The position numbers were made by a program, and so were the translations under genes. Below, one piece after another: positions 10,458-20,083 of a stretch of DNA of 64,000 bases; positions within the stretch are counted from its first letter, which is position 1, and each line of letters opens with the position of its first letter. The stretch comes from Colwellia sp. (GTDB lineage Bacteria > Pseudomonadota > Gammaproteobacteria > Enterobacterales > Alteromonadaceae): contig JAPYOP010000004.1 in the NCBI GenBank assembly GCA_029938115.1, positions 72,752-136,751 of the forward strand. The letters are read 5' to 3'. The notes beneath the pieces were generated by a model. That model saw only the letters and a list, made by a program, of their open reading frames with translations, was not told where the DNA came from and did no database searches.

Positions 10458-10567
10458 GTTACATCGATTTAAAGAGTACAACAACTTTTTTTACACTCTT
10501 TGCACTACAAAATTTCATCCAAACAAGGTAAATTACCTCTATCGATATTAAATATTATTGCAATCAA

Positions 10568-11500
10568 ATGCGCCGAGTTTTCATATTTCTATTCTTCAAT
10601 TTTTTCTGCTTATCTTCTTATGCTGATAGTCTAAACAATGATGAATTAAAAAATATTGAAGCTACATGTCAGCAATCATCACCACAGTGTTTAGCCTATT
10701 TAGAAATAGGATTAAACGGTTCACAACCTCACAGCAGACAATGGTTTCGTTTCAAACAACTAAGACTGTTTAATTTATTTGATTTGCAAAAATTGCCACA
10801 ATTAAAACAAGAGGTAAATTACTGGTTATTCGCTGACAATATGCCGCCGAACTTTGCAGTATATGTTTATATTTATCATGCGAAATTGAGTTCGGCTGAT
10901 GGTTTATCTAATGAGTCTACAACCTATCTTAACAAAGCAACAAACTTGCTAAATGATATTAACATCAAGTCTTTTTCACCTTTAAGATTAATAGAAATAG
11001 CTAATTTACAAATATCTCTTAAAAGCTATTCACAAGCAAAACAAACGTTATTACAACTTGAAGAAAAATTTAGTCAACGAGATTACCCCAATTTTAAAAA
11101 AGAGTTGTATGCTAATCTAGGCCATATATCATGGCATCAAAAAGACCATAAACAACATGTTTTTTATCGAATTAAATCTTTAGAGTGGAGTTTAAAAACA
11201 CCTAATAAGCAACAAATAGCTGTTGCTTATAACAATTTAGCTTTCGCATACAAAAATGACAAACAATATAATAAAGCTGAAATATCTTACTTACAGTCAA
11301 TTAAATATGCGAAATTAGCGCTAGATGATAGAACATTAGAAAGCACCTCGTTAAACTTAATAAAGGTTTTATTACTACAAAAAAAATTAACACAAGCTAG
11401 AGATACATTTGAGAAACTCTCTGAAAGCTTTGTTGAAGACATTCAATTAAAACGCAACAAGAAGCTTTATGAAAAATTGAAAGTACAGTTAGCCAAGTAA
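10568..11500 (+). CDS. Secreted TPR-repeat protein
   Basis: Signal peptide MRRVFIFLFFNFFCLSSYA. TPR-like repeats, for example AVAYNNLAFAYKNDKQYNKAEISYLQSIKYAK. Confidence 0.6.
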   Translation: MRRVFIFLFFNFFCLSSYADSLNNDELKNIEATCQQSSPQCLAYLEIGLNGSQPHSRQWFRFKQLRLFNLFDLQKLPQLKQEVNYWLFADNMPPNFAVYVYIYHAKLSSADGLSNESTTYLNKATNLLNDINIKSFSPLRLIEIANLQISLKSYSQAKQTLLQLEEKFSQRDYPNFKKELYANLGHISWHQKDHKQHVFYRIKSLEWSLKTPNKQQIAVAYNNLAFAYKNDKQYNKAEISYLQSIKYAKLALDDRTLESTSLNLIKVLLLQKKLTQARDTFEKLSESFVEDIQLKRNKKLYEKLKVQLAK

Positions 11501-13051
11501 TTAATCAAGGTACTTACCTTGTATAAGCATCAAATCATCTTGATGTTTAAAAACTAACTCTACTAATTTAGGATCAAATTTCACAGCGTTCATATCTTGA
11601 AAAAAACTCATCGTTTCTACTATTGACCAGGCGGGCTTGTAGCTTCGTTTATTAACAAGGGCATCAAATACATCAGCGACAGCAACTATACGACCATAAA
11701 TATGAATACCCTCCCCTTGTTTTCCTTTAGGGTAACCTGAGCCATCCCAATTTTCATGATGCTCAGCCGCAACAATGGCTCCGGCCCTTAAAACAGTTAA
11801 CTCTGACGATGCCAAAATGTCATAACCAATTTGCGCATGAGTTTTCATTTTTTGCCATTCTGCCTCGTTGAGTTTTCCGGGTTTGTTTAAAATATGATCC
11901 GGTATAGCTATCTTACCAATATCGTGCAGTGGTGATGCCTTATATAGTATCTCAACCTCTTGCTCGCTCATTCGCATAGCTCTGGCCAAGTACTGGCAAG
12001 TTAAAGCGACTCTTTTTACATGATTGCTTGTTTCTTTTGAGCGACTTTCCACAGCCTCACTCATACGGTAAATCATTTCTCGCTGGGTAAGATCTACTTC
12101 TTCAAACATTGCATGATTATCAAAGGCCACGCCAATATTATTACCAAAGACTTCTATCAGTTTCCGATCAAGACTATTGGCTTTTTCAATTCCCTCAATG
12201 AAGAACAAATTTTTACCATCTAAATGCGAGTCATAAACACCAATAAAGTAATCCTCGCCAAAATGATGACCACCTATATTATAAGCAATTTCAAGCCTTT
12301 CATCGCCAATCTCCTTGATAACATCACTTAATGGGTGATTTAAAAAAGCGCTAAACCGCCCTGTTGCCGCAATAACTATGCTGTGACGTTCACCATGTGA
12401 TGCTGCAATAAAGTTTACATTGACAAAAAAGGCACTACTATCAATATGAGACAAGGAACATAATTGTTGAAGTACACCCTGAGTAAAGTCTTTAATCGAT
12501 TGATGTGCAAAAATTTTATTTGAAGAGTTTATAACCGTTTCAAGACCTTTTTTATTGTCATATAAAGCCTTTATATCTCGATATGCTCTAAGGCATGCAT
12601 AGGAGAGAGTAAAAAGTTTAGTCGATGTTAATTCTGTTTTTTCCTTATAATCATTAATATCATAATTAGCGATCACTTCTTTTTCAGGGGCTTGTCCCGG
12701 TTGACCTGTGCGCAATACAAGGCGGATATGATGATTTTCTTTTACTTCTCGAATCCAACTTACAAGCTCTAAACCTGCTTTATCTGTCTCCATGACGACG
12801 TCAATTATGGCCATAGCAAAAGGAATGTTACTTTGTAAAAGTTCCTTTGCTTGCTTAGCACTATCAGCGGAATGAATTTTAAGGTTTTTACCAAATATTT
12901 TAGTCTTTTTTAATGCTAACCGAGTTACCATATGCACTTCAACTTCGTCATCTACAACAAGTATGTGCCAGTAATCTTCTATCGCCTTTTCACTATGCCC
13001 CGGTTCATCGTTAGATTCATCTGTAAAAACAAGAATTTCGTCCTTATTCAT
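11501..13051 (-). CDS. Response regulator: REC + middle domain (GAF/DUF3369-like) + HD-GYP
   Basis: REC residues are intact (VVDDE, IIDVVME, LRTGQPG, YKEK). HD (PLHDIGKIAIP) and GYP (HHENWDGSGYPKG) motifs are present. Confidence 0.85.
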   Translation of the reverse strand: MNKDEILVFTDESNDEPGHSEKAIEDYWHILVVDDEVEVHMVTRLALKKTKIFGKNLKIHSADSAKQAKELLQSNIPFAMAIIDVVMETDKAGLELVSWIREVKENHHIRLVLRTGQPGQAPEKEVIANYDINDYKEKTELTSTKLFTLSYACLRAYRDIKALYDNKKGLETVINSSNKIFAHQSIKDFTQGVLQQLCSLSHIDSSAFFVNVNFIAASHGERHSIVIAATGRFSAFLNHPLSDVIKEIGDERLEIAYNIGGHHFGEDYFIGVYDSHLDGKNLFFIEGIEKANSLDRKLIEVFGNNIGVAFDNHAMFEEVDLTQREMIYRMSEAVESRSKETSNHVKRVALTCQYLARAMRMSEQEVEILYKASPLHDIGKIAIPDHILNKPGKLNEAEWQKMKTHAQIGYDILASSELTVLRAGAIVAAEHHENWDGSGYPKGKQGEGIHIYGRIVAVADVFDALVNKRSYKPAWSIVETMSFFQDMNAVKFDPKLVELVFKHQDDLMLIQGKYLD

Positions 13052-13316
13052 TCGCTCTCCTAAACGCTACATTAATTCATTAATAATAGACTAAAACTTT
13101 ATATTTTCACCTCTAAATAACTCAATATTAATAATAACCTTAGGAAAATATCCATTAACTTTCTCAACAATTAAACATTAGATTAGAAGTGCGTATTTTT
13201 TAGTTATGGTTCAAGGTCAATTGATAAATTATCATTCCTGTATATTTAGCTAGTTTGAACTATGCTTTGATCACTATTGTTAATTTTATTTGACTTAAAT
13301 AAATAAAGGTTAGTGA

Positions 13317-14546
13317 ATGAATAATAACGAACTCCTTTCTTTTTCTGATGAACAGGCGCACCAGCCTTGCTTACCGATAAACAAAAAAGCAGAGCCTTGG
13401 AACTTACTAGTTGTTGATGATGAGTTATCGGTGCACGAAGTGACTCAGCTGGTTTTAAAAAATGTCACGGTATTGGGTAAAAATATTGCCATACATTCAG
13501 CCTGCAGTGCAGAGCAAGCTAAAGAGTTGATGGGGAGTAAAACCCACTTTGCATTTGCATTGATCGATGTAGTAATGGAAACAGATAATGCCGGTTTGTC
13601 ACTCGTTAAATGGATAAGAGAGACTAAGCAAGATCCCAATATTCGCCTAGTATTACGTACAGGTCAGCCCGGAGAAGCGCCCGAACAAGATATTATCAGC
13701 CGTTACGACATCCATGATTATAAAGAAAAAAATGAATTAACTGCAAAAAAACTTTTCACGTTATGTTACTCGTGTTTACGAACTTATAACGACATAATTA
13801 AAGCCAAAGAAATGCAAAAAATGTTACGCCACAGTGAAAAAATGGAAGCGGTAGGTCGGCTAGCTTCGGGTATTGTTCATGATTTCAATAATATTTTAGG
13901 GGTTATTTTATGTAATGTGGAATTATTACAACAAAATCCCTTTCAAAATGAACAACAAGACAAAAAGATCAACAGTATTAATAAAGCGGCATTGATGGGC
14001 AAAGATATTGTTAATAAATTGCATTCATTTACAACAAATAAATTAGAAAATAAAGAAAGCGTTAATATTAATGACATTATTACAAGAATAGATAAAGTTA
14101 TAGATCAATCAAGCGCTAGCAATACTAAATTGACTTACCAATTTGATAGTAATATTTGGTTAACTTATATCGTTGTGAGTGATTTTGAAAGCGCACTCTT
14201 TAATTTAGTTATTAACGCCAAAGATGCAATACAGCACAACGGCAATGTATTAATTCAAACAAGTAATTGCGTATTAGATGATGATTTTTGTCAATTAAAT
14301 CCAGAAGCCATTGCCGGAGAGTATGTTTTATTAACCGTAAGTGATAACGGAAAGGGTATATCACCACAGGTTATGCAACGTATATTTGAACCTTTTTTTA
14401 CCACAAAAACAGCAGGTACCGGTTTGGGCTTGGCACTAGTGTATGGCTTTGTTAATCGTTCTTCTGGTTATATTACCTTAAGCTCTGAATTAGACGTAGG
14501 TACAACATTTAAAATGTATTTACCAAAGACGCTACCTAATCATTGA
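13317..14546 (+). CDS. Histidine kinase with N-terminal receiver (REC-HisKA-HATPase)
   Basis: The REC is paralogous to the one in 11501-13051. H-box KMEAVGRLASGIVHDFNNILG. N-box NLVINAKDA. G-boxes DNGKGI and GTGLGLALV. Confidence 0.85.
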   Translation: MNNNELLSFSDEQAHQPCLPINKKAEPWNLLVVDDELSVHEVTQLVLKNVTVLGKNIAIHSACSAEQAKELMGSKTHFAFALIDVVMETDNAGLSLVKWIRETKQDPNIRLVLRTGQPGEAPEQDIISRYDIHDYKEKNELTAKKLFTLCYSCLRTYNDIIKAKEMQKMLRHSEKMEAVGRLASGIVHDFNNILGVILCNVELLQQNPFQNEQQDKKINSINKAALMGKDIVNKLHSFTTNKLENKESVNINDIITRIDKVIDQSSASNTKLTYQFDSNIWLTYIVVSDFESALFNLVINAKDAIQHNGNVLIQTSNCVLDDDFCQLNPEAIAGEYVLLTVSDNGKGISPQVMQRIFEPFFTTKTAGTGLGLALVYGFVNRSSGYITLSSELDVGTTFKMYLPKTLPNH

Positions 14547-14647
14547 GAATAAGAACCTTTAGTGCGTTTATTTTTAGATGTTTTTAAACGAGTCACCCTC
14601 AGTAAACTTAAGTCACATATTTTACAAACGAATGGGGCTAGCCTCTT

Positions 14648-16561
14648 ATGAATCTAGATATTTATATAAAAAAACGAATATTACTAAGAATAATGCTTAT
14701 CGCGAGTGTGTTGCTTTTTACCCTGCCTGCCACCTCATATCAACAATATGCCCCAAATAAAATTAAAGCCGCTTACGTATTTAACTTCATAAAATATATT
14801 GAATGGCCTAATGATAAAAACATCGTCAATTTAGTCGTTGGCTACTATGGCAACGAAAAAGATTATAGCGAGGCATTACAAGAGATGCAGGGCATGGCAG
14901 TAAGGCATTTTAATATAAACTTTATTAAAATCGCCTCTATTGACCAAATAAACGCATTGCATATAGTTGTGCTTGATAAAGCACAGTCTAAAAACATTAA
15001 TAAAATTTCAAAACAACTTAATGGACAAGCAACTCTAATTATTAGTGATCACACCATTGAAAACAAATACTCCATGCTAAATTTTATTGATACAGATAAA
15101 AACAAACTGATTTTTGAATTAAATCGCTATCAAATGCTAAACGCTCGATTAAAGGTTTCGCCTGATATTTTAGTACTGGGTGGAACTGAGCTAGATATAG
15201 CCAATGTACTTAAAGAAATGGATGCGACTATTACTAACAGCTTAATTGAAATTAAAGAGCAATCGAGTAAGTTAAATCAACTTAAAGAGAATATAACCGA
15301 CAGAGAAGAGCAATTAACATTGCACCAGAGAAAATTAGCCATACAGCAAAAACAGTTAACATCACAACACAGTCAACTTGAAAAGCAAAGTGGGCAATTA
15401 AAGCAAAATAAGAAGGAGTTTAAAACGCTGCAAGACAACTACAGCCTGATGACCAAAGAGCTTGATATTAGTCAAATTCAACTCACTAACAATATAGCTA
15501 ACTTGCAAAATTTAAAAATAGATACCAGTCAAAAAGAACAAATAATCTCACGTTTAGAAAGTCAAATTGATGAAAGAAAGGTTTTACTGAATAATTTAGA
15601 AAGTCAGCATGCGAAACAAAAACAAAAGCTTACCGACCAATCTACCGTTATCCAAGCACAATATATCGTCCTAATTATCATTGCTATTGCTAGCTTCGCT
15701 ATATTAATAATTCTGATTATTCTTTATATAAGTAAAAAAACTCAACATCAAGTAAATCAAGAGTTACAGCTTAATATTGCAGCTTTAGCTGAGTCCAACC
15801 TCAAACTAAGTAATGCCCAAGATCAATTAGTAGAGTCTGAAAAAATGGCTGCGCTCGGCGGCTTAGTCGCTGGCATTGCTCATGAAATAAATACACCAAT
15901 AGGTGTTAGTGTTACGGCTACGTCACATTTGGCAGATCAAATTGATTTATTTGACAAAGAATATAAAGTTGGAATATTAAAGAAATCTTCATTAGAAGAG
16001 TTATTGATTGATGCTAAAGATTCAACTGGCATTTTAATCAGGAACTTGCAAAGAGCGAGTAAGTTGATTAATAATTTTAAGCAGGTTGCTGTAGATCAAA
16101 GTAGCGAAGACAGGCGAAATTTTGAGTTACACACTTATATAGACGAACTAACACAAAGCCTTCGCCCTCAATTCAAACAAGGTAAGCACAGCATTAAGAC
16201 CACCTCAAACAGTAAAATTGAATTAAACAACTTCCCAGGCGTAATTGCGCAAATCATAACGAACTTAATTATGAATTCATTGAATCACGGTTTTAAAAAT
16301 AAAACACATGGGGAGATATTGATAGCACTGGCACTTGAGAACAATGAAGTAGTGATAGAGTATCGAGATAATGGTATTGGATTAACAGCGTCACAAAGAA
16401 AAAAAGTTTTTGAGCCTTTTTACACTACGGCTCGCTCAACAGGGGGATCAGGTTTAGGCATGTCTATTAGCTATAATCTGATTACTAGTAAGCTCCACGG
16501 GAGTATTAAATGCATGGAGACAACCGAAGGTGCCTATTTTTTAATAGTTTTTCCACTTTAA
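14648..16561 (+). CDS. Sensor histidine kinase with YfiR-like (DUF4154) periplasmic domain and a long coiled coil
   Basis: N-terminal TM/signal, then IKAAYVFNFIKYIEWP (DUF4154/YfiR-type signature). Next comes a Q/K/L-rich heptad-like stretch of about 140 aa, then the TM segment YIVLIIIAIASFAILIILIILYI. Kinase motifs: H-box GIAHEINTPIG, N-box NLIMNSLNH, G-box GGSGLGMS. Confidence 0.75.
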   Translation: MNLDIYIKKRILLRIMLIASVLLFTLPATSYQQYAPNKIKAAYVFNFIKYIEWPNDKNIVNLVVGYYGNEKDYSEALQEMQGMAVRHFNINFIKIASIDQINALHIVVLDKAQSKNINKISKQLNGQATLIISDHTIENKYSMLNFIDTDKNKLIFELNRYQMLNARLKVSPDILVLGGTELDIANVLKEMDATITNSLIEIKEQSSKLNQLKENITDREEQLTLHQRKLAIQQKQLTSQHSQLEKQSGQLKQNKKEFKTLQDNYSLMTKELDISQIQLTNNIANLQNLKIDTSQKEQIISRLESQIDERKVLLNNLESQHAKQKQKLTDQSTVIQAQYIVLIIIAIASFAILIILIILYISKKTQHQVNQELQLNIAALAESNLKLSNAQDQLVESEKMAALGGLVAGIAHEINTPIGVSVTATSHLADQIDLFDKEYKVGILKKSSLEELLIDAKDSTGILIRNLQRASKLINNFKQVAVDQSSEDRRNFELHTYIDELTQSLRPQFKQGKHSIKTTSNSKIELNNFPGVIAQIITNLIMNSLNHGFKNKTHGEILIALALENNEVVIEYRDNGIGLTASQRKKVFEPFYTTARSTGGSGLGMSISYNLITSKLHGSIKCMETTEGAYFLIVFPL

Positions 16562-16735
16562 TCCATTAAATAACCTAGCACTTAATGAGATGACCCCTCG
16601 CCTAATCTACATTTATCACTGTAATTTAGTGAGACTTGGTATAACCATTATATTTTTGCTGCGCTTAAATTTCACATTCGTTTCACAGGCAGTTACATAC
16701 GATATCATCACGAAAAATTACTGTGGTGAAAATTT

Positions 16736-17518
16736 ATGTCTTGTTCAATTGAATTAAAAAACGTTTCTCAATCATTTCAAAGCAATTGTTCTGATAGCAA
16801 TTCTTGCGAAAGCAATACTTCCAAAAACAATGTTTCGACTATTACCTTATTTGAAAATCTTAACTTATCAATAAGCCAAGGGCAATCGTACGCCATAACA
16901 GGACCTTCAGGTGCAGGTAAGTCGAGTTTACTAATGTTGCTTTCTGGATTAGAAAAACCAAGCTCAGGTCAAGGGTGTTTCAACAACGATAATCACACCT
17001 CAGCGCTTGATAATTTACGCTCAGAAATCGGTTTCATTTTTCAACAGTTTCATTTACTGCCTGAGCTAACTGCTTTGCACAATATTGCCCTACCATTGAA
17101 ATTACGGGGTGATAAACAAGCCATCAAAAAAGCTAAACACTGGTTAGCAAAGGTCGGTTTGTCGAAAAGAGCAAATCATAAACCGTCACAGTTAAGTGGT
17201 GGCGAACAACAACGTGTGGCAATCGCTCGTGCGTTAGTGTTTTCACCTAAGTTTATATTTGCCGATGAACCAACCGGTAATTTAGATCAACACAATGCTA
17301 ATGAAATTGCTGATATTTTATTTGCTTGCTGCCAAGAAAATAATGCAGGTTTAGTTATTGTTACTCACAGCAATGTACTGGCAAGTAAGGCGCAGAACAT
17401 CTATTCACTCGCCAATGGAGAACTGACTAAAACCAACGCAAGTTTGATAACACCAATATTTGAGGAGCAACAAGTAGAAAAAGTGGTAATAAACACAGCG
17501 CAGGTGGCACCATGTTAA
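16736..17518 (+). CDS. ABC transporter ATP-binding protein (YbbA/LolD-like)
   Basis: Walker [10 protein letters not shown], signature [15 protein letters not shown], Walker [13 protein letters not shown]. The stop overlaps the start of the downstream permease gene. Confidence 0.9.
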   Translation: MSCSIELKNVSQSFQSNCSDSNSCESNTSKNNVSTITLFENLNLSISQGQSYAITGPSGAGKSSLLMLLSGLEKPSSGQGCFNNDNHTSALDNLRSEIGFIFQQFHLLPELTALHNIALPLKLRGDKQAIKKAKHWLAKVGLSKRANHKPSQLSGGEQQRVAIARALVFSPKFIFADEPTGNLDQHNANEIADILFACCQENNAGLVIVTHSNVLASKAQNIYSLANGELTKTNASLITPIFEEQQVEKVVINTAQVAPC

Positions 17519-19995
17519 GGCATCATATGCAATTAGCTTGGCATTATTTCAAACAAGAATACCGCCAACCTCATCAGAAACTACTCCGCTGGGTTCAAGC
17601 CACTTTAATGGTTTTTATTGTCACCTTAACGCTATCAAGTAGTACTATTCAACATTACCTACAGGGCAACTTACAAAACCTGTTAGGTGCCGATGCTGTA
17701 TTAACTCAAAAAGATAAATTAACCGGCAAACAACTCACTTCATTAGTTAATTTTAGTGATATTGTGGTCAATACCTTGCAAATAAATACCACGTTAACAT
17801 TTAATGGAAAATGGCAACGTGCAAAACTAAAAGCGGTCGGAAGTGATTATCCCTTACAAGGTCAATTACTCACATCAACCTCTTTTAAAAACGCTGCAAC
17901 TGCTACAAACGGTGGGCCTACAATCGGAAATATATGGTTAGACAGTCGACTATTTGCCAGTTTAACCATAACCATTGGCGACACTATCAATTTAGGTGAT
18001 CATGCTTTTATGGTATCAAGGGTGCTAATTCACGAGCCAGATAGATTGATGGAAGGTCATAATGTTTCTATGAGAGCTATCGTCAATATTATTGATATGG
18101 AAAAGTTAGCTTTTCCAACAGATCTTATTCAACATCGTTACCTAGTTTCTGCGTCAAAATCACAAGTACAGCAACTTATTGACTGGCAACAAGCACAACT
18201 TCCAGCAGCGCAAATTCACCATAAACAAGGTGTCCATCCATTAGCTTTGTTTTGGCAACGCACTGAAAACTTTTTAGGCTTAGCCTCTATTATTTTATTC
18301 TTTATGGCTGCGATTGCCATTGAACAAATAGCGCAAGTTCACTTAAAAAAAGAACAATATTTTTCAGCCGTTTGTATGAGTTTAGGTGCTTCAAAAGCGA
18401 CCGGTTTACAACTTTCACTGTTCAAGTGGTTCATTAATATATTGGTACTGATACCTATAGTCGCCATTTTATCTGGCGCATTTCATTGGTTGATCGTCGG
18501 TTGGTTAGCTAATACATTTGCCGAAATCACTTGGCAATTAGATGTTTGGCTTATGGCTAAAACGATAGCGACCAGTGTATTACTCTTTGCCGTTTTTCAT
18601 TCACCCGTTTGGTTAACATTGTACCAAACATCAGTCGCTAAGTTGTTTCATCAAAATCAAAAAAGCCTTTCTTTAGGATTGATTAAACTATGTGCCTTAG
18701 CCGTGCTTGCTTGGGTTGCTCTGACGTACTCTGACAATGGTTTATTAACCTTGATGTTAGTCGGCAGTATTTTTATCACCATATTGTTAATGGCCGCTAT
18801 TAGTTGGACAGTATTAACAGTGGGTGAAAAAGCCACACAACAATTTTCAGGGCTGATCCCTTTTACCTTGTTTATGATGAAACAGCGCTTATTAAGTAAA
18901 AGCACTCAAATTCTAGGCATTGGCTTAAGTACCTTTTTATTGTTATTTACGCTCATGCTTTTAAAAGACTTAGGTGACACGATGGTTTCATACCAGAGAA
19001 CACATGACGGTAATGTTATGGTTTCACAAGCGAGTCAGTCACAAATGAATGCAATACAAGAGTGGTCTAAAGAACATAATATTAGCTTACGTCAATCTAA
19101 ACCTTACTTGTATGCCAAAGTAGTCAAAATAAATAACCAAACCTTAAGTGAGTTTACAACAAAACCCAGTGACAGTTTAGCGACGTTATCAAACGCTATT
19201 AGACTGCATTGGAGTGAAAGTATTCCAAATAATAACCGTGTAGTTCAAGGGCAATGGTGGCAAAAAAACACTAAAAACTGGCAACAAATATCACTTGAAG
19301 AAGAAGTCATGATTGACTTAGATTTGACGCTTGGAGATAAGCTTACTTTTATTATTCATCAACAAAGTTTTACCTTCACTATTACCGCAAGTCATGTTTA
19401 TAAGCCAGGAGCGGGTTCAATTACCTTCTGGGTACAAATGCCCCAAGCAGCCATTGAGCATATCAACGCACCTCAATATAATATGGCAAGTTTGGAGCTA
19501 AATGATGAACAATGGCCACTGCTCAGCCAGTTGTGGCAAGATCATCCAACAATAAGAATGGCCTCTTTACAGGAATTAACAAAACAATTTGATAAGATCT
19601 TAGCCATGATAACTCAAGTCATTAGCGGTTTTTCCGTGATGATTATTTTACTCGCTATTATTGTGATTTTGTCTTCAATCAATGCATTTGAAAGTAAAGA
19701 AAAGAAAAAGAACAGTGTCATTATGAGTTTTGGTTTTTTAAAGAACACCTGTTTGCAGCTAAACATTATTGAATGGTTAATTACCGCATTAATTATAGCA
19801 ACAGGAGCGATAGCCGGCACTTACATTACCGGTATGTTAATTTATCAATCTCAGTTCTCAATGTCTTACCAACCAAACTTAGTTGTATTACTTATCACAT
19901 TAGCAATTATTTTGGGCACAGTAACCTTATTGGGTGTTTACGCTAGCCGACATAGTTTAAAGAGCTCGGTGAAGCAATTAATGGCTGATGTTTAG
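17512..19995 (+). CDS. FtsX-like ABC permease, duplicated (YbbP-like)
   Basis: 827 aa with two FtsX-type 4-TM bundles separated by large loops. Overlaps the ATPase gene by 7 nt. Confidence 0.8.
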   Translation: MLRHHMQLAWHYFKQEYRQPHQKLLRWVQATLMVFIVTLTLSSSTIQHYLQGNLQNLLGADAVLTQKDKLTGKQLTSLVNFSDIVVNTLQINTTLTFNGKWQRAKLKAVGSDYPLQGQLLTSTSFKNAATATNGGPTIGNIWLDSRLFASLTITIGDTINLGDHAFMVSRVLIHEPDRLMEGHNVSMRAIVNIIDMEKLAFPTDLIQHRYLVSASKSQVQQLIDWQQAQLPAAQIHHKQGVHPLALFWQRTENFLGLASIILFFMAAIAIEQIAQVHLKKEQYFSAVCMSLGASKATGLQLSLFKWFINILVLIPIVAILSGAFHWLIVGWLANTFAEITWQLDVWLMAKTIATSVLLFAVFHSPVWLTLYQTSVAKLFHQNQKSLSLGLIKLCALAVLAWVALTYSDNGLLTLMLVGSIFITILLMAAISWTVLTVGEKATQQFSGLIPFTLFMMKQRLLSKSTQILGIGLSTFLLLFTLMLLKDLGDTMVSYQRTHDGNVMVSQASQSQMNAIQEWSKEHNISLRQSKPYLYAKVVKINNQTLSEFTTKPSDSLATLSNAIRLHWSESIPNNNRVVQGQWWQKNTKNWQQISLEEEVMIDLDLTLGDKLTFIIHQQSFTFTITASHVYKPGAGSITFWVQMPQAAIEHINAPQYNMASLELNDEQWPLLSQLWQDHPTIRMASLQELTKQFDKILAMITQVISGFSVMIILLAIIVILSSINAFESKEKKKNSVIMSFGFLKNTCLQLNIIEWLITALIIATGAIAGTYITGMLIYQSQFSMSYQPNLVVLLITLAIILGTVTLLGVYASRHSLKSSVKQLMADV

Positions 19996-20083
19996 AGTAG
20001 AAATATATATTTCACATCTGTTTCACGGTGTCTTTGTCACACTTAACTTATACCAAACGTATAGATACTTAAGAGAGAAACAG

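Noticed and set aside
19988-20083. N-terminal extensions in the ORF track. Examples: 19988 for the DJ-1 gene, 35431 for the reductase, 53378 for the porin, 56021 and 56901 for the CxxCH genes, 7584 for the RND gene, 4434 for the adaptor.
   Set aside because: The extensions overlap the preceding gene or precede an obvious signal peptide, lipobox or RBS-associated ATG. I trimmed the starts accordingly. The exact starts remain unverified.
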